A DNA stretch of 42,596 bases from Octopus bimaculoides (taxonomy: Eukaryota), in contig NC_068995.1 in the NCBI RefSeq assembly GCF_001194135.2, forward strand, positions 6,618,610 through 6,661,205. Direction: 5' to 3'. Position numbers and translations under genes: made by a program. The first letter of the stretch is position 1, and every line of letters starts with the position of its first letter. The notes under the pieces were generated by a model. The model saw only the letters and a list, made by a program, of their open reading frames with translations. It did not search any database and had not been told where the DNA came from. Below, piece after piece: positions 32,984 through 42,596 of the stretch.

Positions 32984-34097
32984 TTTAACCAAAGGTGTTC
33001 TCGATAACAGCCGGCCATGGGTTAAAGAATAACAACTGAGATTCACAGCATTTCCTGACATGGTACAATATGAATAAAGTACAGGTGAGGAAATGGTCAC
33101 TCCATCTACCAGAAAGAACAACCAAATTCTTTTCAAATTATGCCCTGCCGTCTTGGTAAAACAAGAGGACACATTGAATAAAGTAGCTCATCATATTTCC
33201 ATATCGACAGGATGTTCACAGTTGGAATATCTTAGTCAGCTCTTTGATCGGGGTTAAATACTGTCATCACCACCAACTACTAAAACAGGAATCGAAACTG
33301 AATCGTTAGGACTAGATATGAAATAATCTAAAAATGCTAATGAATTTACCTTCGTCCCCATTGCACAATCAGAATTGAAGAAGCTCTTGTCAAAATATTT
33401 AATTTGTAACGTGAGAAAAGTGAGTGTTTAATCTGTTCGGTTGTCACTATAGTGTTCGTAGGCTACATTTAACACCTGTTCCTGTAGTGATGTGAAGGGC
33501 GAGCGCATGTTTGGAAAAACGTTTGTTGAAATTAGGACAGAATGATATTAGAGCAGACGTGTCGGTCTGGTCGTCAAAATATCGTCTGACGTACAATTAA
33601 GATGTCAAAGTTGGTGAGAAATCAAAATAAATGGAAAATGAAGAGCAAGAGGGAGAAAGAGACGGAGAGCCAGGCAGAAAGAAAAAGAGAGAAAGAATCA
33701 GAGAAGTGAGAGAGAAGACGAATTTTTTTTTTTTAAATTAACAACGAAGAAAGAAAGTAAACAGATTTATGTCAGCTGACAATACAAACATCATATTTAA
33801 TATTTGGGAAAGTAGTCACCGGGGTTTTAAAATAAGAGTTCGAGGAGAGGGTGGGGAAAGAGAAGGACATACAGACAGAGAAACAGAATAGGAAAGGTGT
33901 GGATAAAATAAAATAATCCTTTTTTTTTTTTAACTGACGATGGTGTTTTATTACAAACTGTGGATTTAGGATTTATTTTTGTTTATTTAGGAGATTTTTT
34001 ATACGCCAACAACTTAAATCATTTTTATAAATAATTAAAAAGGAAGGACCCGAAATGACAAGGACGTGAATAGAATAACAATAAGAATGAATAATAA

Positions 34098-34562
34098 AAT
34101 TAATCTTTTCCGTTATAGGCACAACNNNNNNNNNNNNNNNNNNNNNNNNNNNNNNNNNNNNNNNNNNNNNNNNNNNNNNNNNNNNNNNNNNNNNNNNNNN
34201 NNNNNNNNNNNNNNNNNNNNNNNNNNNNNNNNNNNNNNNNNNNNNNNNNNNNNNNNNNNNNNNNNNNNNNNNNNNNNNNNNNNNNNNNNNNNNNNNNNNN
34301 NNNNNNNNNNNNNNNNNNNNNNNNNNNNNNNNNNNNNNNNNNNNNNNNNNNNNNNNNNNNNNNNNNNNNNNNNNNNNNNNNNNNNNNNNNNNNNNNNNNN
34401 NNNNNNNNNNNNNNNNNNNNNNNNNNNNNNNNNNNNNNNNNNNNNNNNNNNNNNNNNNNNNNNNNNNNNNNNNNNNNNNNNNNNNNNNNNNNNNNNNNNN
34501 TTTGAACGCAAAACGTAAAAATAGAAGACATGCTGTTAAACATTTTGTTCAACGTTCTAAAG
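34098..34562 (-). mobile_element. SINE family A copy spanning an assembly gap
   Basis: The left flank CTTTTCCGTTATAGGCACAA is the SINE 3' end; the right flank TTTGAACGCAAAACGTAAA...CATTTTGTTCAACGTTCTAA is the SINE head. Confidence 0.6.
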
Positions 34563-34564
34563 TT

Positions 34565-34701
34565 TCTTATTTCTTTATTGCCCACAAGGGGCTAAACATA
34601 GAAGGGACAAACAAGGACAGACAAAGGGATTAAGTCGATTACATCCACCCCAGTGCGTAACTGGTACTTAATTTATCGACTCTGAAAGGATGAAAGGCAA
34701 A
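34565..34701 (-). mobile_element. SINE family A copy, alternative 3' end
   Basis: TTTCTTTATTGCCCACAAGGGGCTAAACATAGAAGGGACAAACAAGGACAG...TTAAGTCGATTACATC; same 3' variant as 36666-36910. Confidence 0.9.
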
Positions 34702-34706
34702 TGATG

Positions 34707-34759
<53 letters not shown>

Positions 34760-34937
34760 TCCGTCTAAATTTGTGATTTTGCGTTTATGTTTGAAATCTT
34801 TATTCTTTCCCTCAACTTAGAAGTTGCAGAGTCTGTAAACAAGTATTCTCTGTTTGTTCGTTTTCAGTTGTTTTTGTTTTGTTTTGTTTTGTTTTTTGTA
34901 TTTTTGTGTATTTTATTGTTGAGCTAACTCCATTATG

Positions 34938-35012
34938 CCTTACGTTCTTTAAATCCTTTGAGTTCAAATCCCGCTGATGACGATGTTTACCTCTCACACT
35001 CGAGGTCGATAT
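34938..35012 (+). mobile_element. SINE family A degenerate fragment
   Basis: TTACGTTC ... GAGTTCAAATCCCGC ... GAGGTCGAT. Confidence 0.5.
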
Positions 35013-35079
35013 GAGGAAACACTCGTAATAGATACTTAATGAAATGAACTCGTCTTCTCATCCTGAAGTTGTAGCCTTG

Positions 35080-35156
35080 AGCTAATATAATAAACATCAT
35101 TACCGTCATCACCATCATCATCATCATTATGATTATTATTATGATTATGATTATCA

Positions 35157-35230
<74 letters not shown>

Positions 35231-35594
35231 GTTCATTTCTCTGCCAAGAACAACCAAACCGACAAAGGCGTTAAGGTAAAGCACAATTTATTTTCATAAC
35301 ACAATACAATACAATACGGAGTATTGTACAATACAGACATATCCTTTGTTATACGTATCAATACAAACATAAATCTATTTGTGACGATAAAAATATATTC
35401 TCTGTACAAGGAATAAAAATAACATACATTAATAAATTCATTTATACATCTAGTTTAATAATAATAATTATTATTATCATTATTATTATTATTACTAATA
35501 CTACTATTATTTATTATTATTATTATTATTATTACTACTATTACTACTACTACTATTATTACTTTTACTATTATTGCTGTTGCTGTTATAATTA

Positions 35595-35679
<85 letters not shown>

Positions 35680-35692
35680 CATTATTATTATT
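35080..35692. repeat. (ATC)/(ATT)/(AAT)/(ACT) trinucleotide arrays
   Basis: Two blocks, about 35090-35232 and 35455-35692. Confidence 0.9.
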
Positions 35693-36026
35693 TTGAGTCT
35701 TTTATACTTAGAAAATAGGTACGATTTCTAGAAATTATTCTAACATAATACAATTCACAAATTTTCTTTCTTAGTGATGGGGTGTATTTACGAATGCGTG
35801 CCTGTATGTGTTTGTGTGTGTGAGGGACAGAGTGTGTGTATGTGTGTGCGTGCTTCTCTTCATGCGTTTGAGTCACACAAAATACAAGCATAATACATTA
35901 ATATTAACACGTGCAGCGCACTGCTTCACACTCGCTTGTGTGTGTGTGTGTGTGTGTGTGCCTGTACGTGTACACATGTGTGTATGTGTACATAACGTGT
36001 TTGCATATATAAGCACATACTCATAC

Positions 36027-36065
<39 letters not shown>

Positions 36066-36249
36066 TATATGCATTCATGTATACATATGTATGCACATAA
36101 TATATTTATATATGAATATGTATTTGGGTATATATATGTACATATATATTTATATATGCAAACATACGTACATGTATACATGTGTATGTATACATGCATG
36201 AATATATAGATACATTTGTGTATATATATAGACAGAGAGACAGGTAGAC

Positions 36250-36304
<55 letters not shown>
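36250..36304. repeat. (AGAT)n tetranucleotide microsatellite
   Basis: Direct reading; a second (AGAT)n lies at about 40585-40655. Confidence 0.95.
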
Positions 36305-36309
<5 letters not shown>

Positions 36310-36665
36310 TGTATGTATTATCTATGTGTTTGTATGTATGTGTGTGTGTGTTTGTGTGTATTCTTCTCTTTTTAATTTAATTTTGACCGCTCATTTGCTA
36401 AGCACCAATGTTTTAGTTGTAAAGGAAAGCATCCTGTTTCTGTTTTTCATCCTTTAAAATCTTAACAATGTCTTGCAGATTCTTATTGTTCTAGATATCG
36501 TGATCATTTGTTGCCTATAAATTAAGGAGCCGCATTCCCTTTACAAGAACTCAAGTTCAGCCATACTTTGCTCCAGGCGGATGGGCACATATCCTGTTTC
36601 TCCAATACAAATATGAGACGCCATTGACAGTACCTGGAAGTAATCCAATATATATACTGTGTACA

Positions 36666-36910
36666 GGGCGGCGCGCTGGCAGAATCGCTATCACGACGGG
36701 CGAAATGCATAGCGGTATTTCGTCTGTCTTTATGTTCTGAGTTCAAATTCCACCGAGGTCGACTTTGGGGGTTGATTAAATAAGTACCTTTCGGGGACGA
36801 TTAAATTAGTATCAGTTACGCACTGGGGTCGATGTAATCGACTTAATCCGTTTATTTGTCCTTGTTTGTCCCCTCTGTGTTTAGCCTTTCGTGCGCAACA
36901 AAGAAATAAA
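36666..36910 (+). mobile_element. SINE family A full-length copy, alternative 3' end, internal rearrangement
   Basis: GGGCGGCGCGCTGGCAGAATCG ... GAGTTCAAATTCCACCGAGGTCGACTTT; the GGGG..GATTAAAT.AGTA segment is duplicated; ends GTCCTTGTTTGTCCCCTCTGTGTTTAGCC...AAAGAAATAAA. Confidence 0.92.
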
Positions 36911-38375
36911 TATATATATACAATGTACAGGGTAGTTTAAGAAAAATAAAAGATAGTAAAGATGAAAATGAAAAACCACAAAAAAAGATTAAGAAGTATT
37001 CCCTAAGTAAAAATTCATTTAAAAGCAGTTAAATTTAAGAGGAAGGGAAGCAGAAAATGTCCTATAGTTATTCTTTAAAATCATTAGAAAATAGAAACCC
37101 ATAAATATATTAAGCAGGCTTGTTTTGTTTTCTGTTAAATTTAAGCAGTTTTAAATTAATTCACCCAGACATTTCTCTCTCTTAAAATTCAATGCGTGTA
37201 TGAGGAGGAAAAGGGGGAGATTTGTGTCTTTAAATAGTAATTAATGGAATAGAAGCTTCTGTCCCATTAATTAGTGTACAAAGTCTACATCAAACTATTC
37301 TACGAATTAAGTGCTTTTAACTTGTTGAATGGTTTCACTACAGTAACTGAGTATATATATATATATATATNNNNNNNNNNNNNNNNNNNNNNNNNNNNNN
37401 NNNNNNNNNNNNNNNNNNNNNNNNNNNNNNNNNNNNNNNNNNNNNNNNNNNNNNNNNNNNNNNNNNNNNNNNNNNNNNNNNNNNNNNNNNNNNNNNNNNN
37501 NNNNNNNNNNNNNNNNNNNNNNNNNNNNNNNNNNNNNNNNNNNNNNNNNNNNNNNNNNNNNNNNNNNNNNNNNNNNNNNNNNNNNNNNNNNNNNNNNNNN
37601 NNNNNNNNNNNNNNNNNNNNNNNNNNNNNNNNNNNNNNNNNNNNNNNNNNNNNNNNNNNNNNNNNNNNNNNNNNNNNNNNNNNNNNNNNNNNNNNNNNNN
37701 NNNNNNNNNNNNNNNNNNNNNNNNNNNNNNNNNNNNNNNNNNNNNNNNNNNNNNNNNATATATATATATATATATATATAAAGAGAGTGAGGGAGAGTCT
37801 ACACACACATTTGTTAGCTGTTGCTTGATTTGTGAAATAAAAACGTGTGCATACATATAAACACACACATGCAGGTAAGAGCGTGTACCAAACGTGTATA
37901 CATATGTATATATATAACACACTGACCAAAATAAGGTTAAGACCGATGACAGATCTATACCTTCATTAATATATTTTTAATAAAACTGTATAAAATTATT
38001 TTACTTTTAACAGTTTATGTAGAATTTTTTTCTCTTTTGAATGATATAAACGTTATATATCTTTCTGCAATTCGAATAATTTTCTCCATAAGCCGTAAAA
38101 AGTAAAATAAGTTTATAGTTTTGTTAAAAATAAATTAATGAAGGAAGATATATATTTGTATGTATATGTATATATAAAATATTCCAGTGTCTTAAAAATA
38201 TCACTTTTGTTGTACAGTCTGGCTGATTCAAATGTAAAAATAATTGTATATTTGACTTCGAAAATATCTTGCATAAAATGGTAAGTCGGATGCTGCCGCG
38301 CAAACGTCAACATTTTTCATGCAAATTATTTATAGTATTACCATGACTCTCACCGTATATATTTATTTATACATG

Positions 38376-38497
<122 letters not shown>

Positions 38498-38707
38498 TAC
38501 TTATATATTCTTTTCCTCAGTCTTCCTTTTCTTTTGGACATTCCTCTTTCTGAAGAAGAGCTTTGTTCGAAACGTTAAACCACCTTTCTTTCCTTCCCTG
38601 AGCGTCTGCTAATACTTTACATGTACCACGTCCTCGCGTTGTTGTTTTTTTTGTGTTTGTTCTTAGTTTTTGTTTTTTTTTTGTTTTTTTTTTACTACAT
38701 ATATATA

Positions 38708-38885
38708 TTGAGTTCGAAAACTGAGATCTCTAACGGACACACATTAATTTATTAATTAATCAACATTTTAACCAACAATTGTTTCATTTCTCAAATAAGA
38801 TTAACATTCTCAGGATGATCTTTGTAAGGTGACTGATGAGGTTAATTGTATATATGTAACATAATTCAATAAACATTGTATAGTT
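38708..38885 (+). mobile_element. Possible Penelope-like 3' end with a hammerhead-like core
   Basis: GATCTTTGTAAGGTGA-CTGATGA-G (38833-38839)...AATTCAATAAACATTG resembles the minus-strand motif at 26030-25970. Upstream LSSKTEISNGH weakly echoes the LNxxxExxxxCRH terminus. Confidence 0.35.
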
Positions 38886-40013
38886 TATATATATTTGGAA
38901 ACATTTGATGGTTTGCTCTCTTGTTACACGGAGTCTCACTCACTTAGGTTGCATGTGTGATTACTCAGACAGTATTAAGTTAATGAAGCCATGTTCACAA
39001 ATCACATAAGACAGACACATTCTTGAGACTATCATTTGATCGAATGCGTCATGAGCTGAAGTTCACCGGTCTATAATGGCAGTAGGTGAAAATTTTTTAT
39101 TCAAATCTGTTAACAGCCAGAGCCATTGGTCTGCGACGCTATTTTAAAAGAAGATGGCTATTTCATATGACTGGGACGTTTAAGTCTGGAAGCTATCCAG
39201 AAGAAAACACTGACAACCATACCATTTGAACAAACTTTCTGACCTCCAGTTGCTTTAATACCTGGAACTTTTAAGATAGACAGCACCTACAGTCCTATAA
39301 TTTCCTGATTCATTAAGGTTTTTTCCCGAAAATGCTTTATTTACTAAAGTGTGCTCATTTCTTTGTTCTCTAAGTTTTCAGATTAACTGAGATTATTCCT
39401 CATTTAAATGAGCGGAGATGGCAGTAGTAAAGACACCTTAAATAGTTCTCGGTAATTAACGTGTAATCTCCTTCATTGGTTATCTTTACGTTCATGCTAA
39501 TTATTATTTTTTTTTCAAACTCTTTAATATTCCTGTTAAATCCTCTTTAAATCTGTTAATTATCCGGGTTTTTTTTTTCTTTGCATTGTATGAGATTCTT
39601 AAGTCGTCATTTCTGTACAATCCAAAACTATGGCGCAATGCGCTACAGACACACAAACAACTTATTCAAACATACTTGTACACTCTTAATTACAACCAAC
39701 CTTTCCCACCCAATCTTCCATGTATCATTGCTTGAGACGTTTGTGAAATGCGTGACCCCTTCAAACGGTAAAGTTCGTCCTGGTCACCGTCGAAACGGTA
39801 CATTACACTGAAACATTATAGATCAGCTCAGGCTATTTGACCGGTTGATTGATGAATAATATAAATCGGAGAAACGGCGCAAGATATCAGACATAAGCCA
39901 CTTAAATATAATTATATTCCATTTCAAGTATTAAGAAGTTTTTCTCCTGTTCGTTTCAAACAGCACATGCACTCATAAACACACACAAACACATATGCCC
40001 ACACAAACTGTCC

Positions 40014-40081
<68 letters not shown>

Positions 40082-40586
40082 NNNNNNNNNNNNNNNNNNN
40101 NNNNNNNNNNNNNNNNNNNNNNNNNNNNNNNNNNNNNNNNNNNNNNNNNNNNNNNNNNNNNNNNNNNNNNNNNNNNNNNNNNNNNNNNNNNNNNNNNNNN
40201 NNNNNNNNNNNNNNNNNNNNNNNNNNNNNNNNNNNNNNNNNNNNNNNNNNNNNNNNNNNNNNNNNNNNNNNNNNNNNNNNNNNNNNNNNNNNNNNNNNNN
40301 NNNNNNNNNNNNNNNNNNNNNNNNNNNNNNNNNNNNNNNNNNNNNNNNNNNNNNNNNNNNNNNNNNNNNNNNNNNNNNNNNNNNNNNNNNNNNNNNNNNN
40401 NNNNNNNNNNNNNNNNNNNNNNNNNNNNNNNNNNNNNNNNNNNNNNNNNNNNNNNNNNNNNNNNNNNNNCTCTCTCTCTTTCAAACACATGCACACACAA
40501 ATAAATTTGTACATAGAGAGAGAAAAAGAGATATAGACTAACAGAGATGTACCGTGATATAGATAGACATGTAGATATATATATAT

Positions 40587-40656
<70 letters not shown>

Positions 40657-40683
40657 TATATACATTATATGCACATATATACA

Positions 40684-40742
40684 TATTCTAAATGATTAAC
40701 ACGGAAGGCGTACACTGTCTTCCGTGTTAATTATTTAGAATA
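40684..40742 (+). ncRNA. 24-bp near-perfect hairpin (candidate pre-miRNA or palindromic TE relic)
   Basis: TATTCTAAATGATTAACACGGAAG / 11-nt loop / CTTCCGTGTTAATTATTTAGAATA, with one G.U pair on the plus strand. The hairpin itself is certain; its function is not. Confidence 0.4.
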
Positions 40743-41019
40743 CACTTAATGTGCACCGAGGTATTCCTTACGTACATCCGGCAACGGAAGTGCAGACCCT
40801 GGATGAAGCCTGGTAGCTACAAGCAGTGAACGTGTTTTCCAGGCACACTATAAATTACATTCCCATAACAAATTTTGTTTACTACACCTTAAAGTTACCT
40901 ACCTGAGCTTTAATTTTAAATACAACTTATACATATATATAGATATATATGTATTTATACACACACATACACGCACACACATAAATACAAATAAATAAAT
41001 ATATATACATATATAGTTA

Positions 41020-41200
41020 AAGTTTACAGAAAACAAAAGACGAAGAGGGAACAACGTGCTGGAGTATTTGTTTGACGCTCGGGAAGAATGGAAAAGTCTT
41101 TGACGTTTCGAGCCTACGCTCTCCCACAGACAGATATGAGAGGGGGAAATGGAGAGAGAACAAAAACGAAAAACGAAGAGATAGAAAAACATATGTAGGG
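41020..41200 (-). mobile_element. Penelope-like 3' end with a minimal hammerhead motif
   Basis: TCTGT-CTGTGGGA-GAGC-GTAG-GCTC-GAAACGTC-AAAGA (41134-41097); homologous to 21722-21832. Confidence 0.6.
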
Positions 41201-41237
41201 ATTAACAGTTCAAGATGATGAAACGACATACATACAT

Positions 41238-41440
41238 ACATTCCTACCCAACGGATTAAACCTACGGTCACTAACAACGTGCTGTATTAAATCCGAGCGA
41301 GATACCTCTTATTACATCACGTAACGAAGCGCTTCTGCACCGTGGGATGCATCGTAACTAGTATAATTTCCCGCTTGCGAGGGAACGATGCAGGATGTGT
41401 CGAAACGATCGTTGTGAGCAATAAAGTTTCCTGTATATTC
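41238..41440 (+). mobile_element. Penelope-like 3' end (ORF terminus, partial hammerhead, AATAAA)
   Basis: TFLPNGLN (41238-41261) matches the TxxPxGLN end of PLE GIY-YIG ORFs; GATGCA-GGA-TGTGTC-GAAAC-GATC-GT-T at 41387-41413; AATAAA at 41420-41425. Confidence 0.6.
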
Positions 41441-41504
41441 TATTTTGCGTCTATATCATTTGATATATATACATACATATATATATATATATATTTATTT
41501 ATTT

Positions 41505-41610
41505 ATTTATTTATGTGTTTCAGCCAAGTGGCTGCGGTCATGCTGGTGCACCACCGGGATTTTCACGTTCCTTGCATGGCTCTTCTCCCCCACCTGACAT
41601 GGTCCAATCA
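41505..41610 (-). mobile_element. Short retroposon 3' end carrying the shared tail plus (TAAA)n
   Basis: Minus strand ...GAAAATCCCGGTGGTGCACCAGCATGACCGCAGCCACTTGGCTGAAACAC(ATAA)n. Confidence 0.7.
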
Positions 41611-42059
41611 AGAGTTATATATATATATATATATNNNNNNNNNNNNNNNNNNNNNNNNNNNNNNNNNNNNNNNNNNNNNNNNNNNNNNNNNNNNNNNNNN
41701 NNNNNNNNNNNNNNNNNNNNNNNNNNNNNNNNNNNNNNNNNNNNNNNNNNNNNNNNNNNNNNNNNNNNNNNNNNNNNNNNNNNNNNNNNNNNNNNNNNNN
41801 NNNNNNNNNNNNNNNNNNNNNNNNNNNNNNNNNNNNNNNNNNNNNNNNNNNNNNNNNNNNNNNNNNNNNNNNNNNNNNNNNNNNNNNNNNNNNNNNNNNN
41901 NNNNNNNNNNNNNNNNNNNNNNNNNNNNNNNNNNNNNNNNNNNNNNNNNNNNNNNNNNNNNNNNNNNNNNNNNNNNNNNNNNNNNNNTATATAATAATGC
42001 GTGAAAGCACGACTGTGGGATTTCTATGTATATAATAGTATAACTCATATTGTTAATCA

Positions 42060-42167
42060 ATATTATTATTATTATTATAATCATTACTATTCCTCTTCTT
42101 CTTCTTCTTCTTCTTCTTCATCTTCTTTTTCTTCTCCTTCTCCTTCTCCTTCTTCTTCTTCTTCTTC

Positions 42168-42222
<55 letters not shown>

Positions 42223-42232
42223 TATTATTATA
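42060..42232. repeat. (ATT)/(CTT)/(ATT) compound trinucleotide array
   Basis: Direct reading. Confidence 0.93.
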
Positions 42233-42596
42233 CTAACATATTTCATTCGTCGTTAATTTCTTTTCTGTCCTGTTTGCCTCTATCTCTTTCTGTCTAGCCA
42301 CCTCCAGCCTTAAATAATCTATTATCTGTTATTTTGCGGTGATTGTCAATAATATATCACAAGCTGATGATTAGTTATGCACCATTGATTTTAGTGGGGT
42401 TATGGAAAATAAGGCTACAACATCTACATATGTACAAACATACATAGTAACATATATATGAGTGTCATTTTTTGCGTGTGTACTCTGTGTGCGCGTGGAC
42501 ACAAAAATAAACATACATCTATATACATATATATACATACATATATATATATACACGTATATATGTATATATGTATATATATATATATATATATAT

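Noticed and set aside
33020-33260. 36-nt exon-like segment (HFLTWYNMNKVQ|GTGAGG)
   Set aside because: The acceptor is poor and the surrounding sequence looks like an interspersed repeat; not supportable.
39117-39347. Frame interrupted only by three TGA codons (selenoprotein idea)
   Set aside because: No recognisable selenoprotein context or SECIS; TGA-only stops over about 77 codons can occur by chance.
40790-40840. CCTGGATGAAGCC...GTGAACGTG as another hammerhead relic
   Set aside because: The core and stem II are too degenerate to reconstruct.

Overview
AT-rich, repeat-saturated eukaryotic non-coding DNA (intergenic or a very large intron). The dominant tRNA-derived SINEs and the microsatellite load look like an Octopus genome; this is inferred from remembered repeat families, not from a search. 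No protein-coding gene can be confidently called. Almost all ORFs in the supplied track are translations of microsatellites or of the 12 N-gaps (3323-3533, 8405-8506, 18394-18509, 21172-21393, 22352-22867, 23791-24320, 25288-25297, 30463-31395, 34126-34500, 37371-37757, 40082-40469, 41635-41987). Supportable content: about 19 copies or fragments of one tRNA-headed SINE family plus several other modular SINEs; four or five decayed 3' ends of restriction-like-endonuclease (RLE) LINEs (R4/Dong-like, HERO-like); a decayed Penelope-like reverse transcriptase (Naiad-type YRDD) with several degenerate hammerhead-ribozyme motifs at Penelope-like 3' ends; a tRNA-Asn pseudogene fused to a retroposon tail; a near-perfect 24-bp hairpin; and a few low-confidence isolated exon candidates. 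I see no clear evidence of a wholly new multi-gene system. The best leads are the non-canonical hammerhead variants, the tRNA-Asn chimeric retroposon and the pre-miRNA-sized hairpin.
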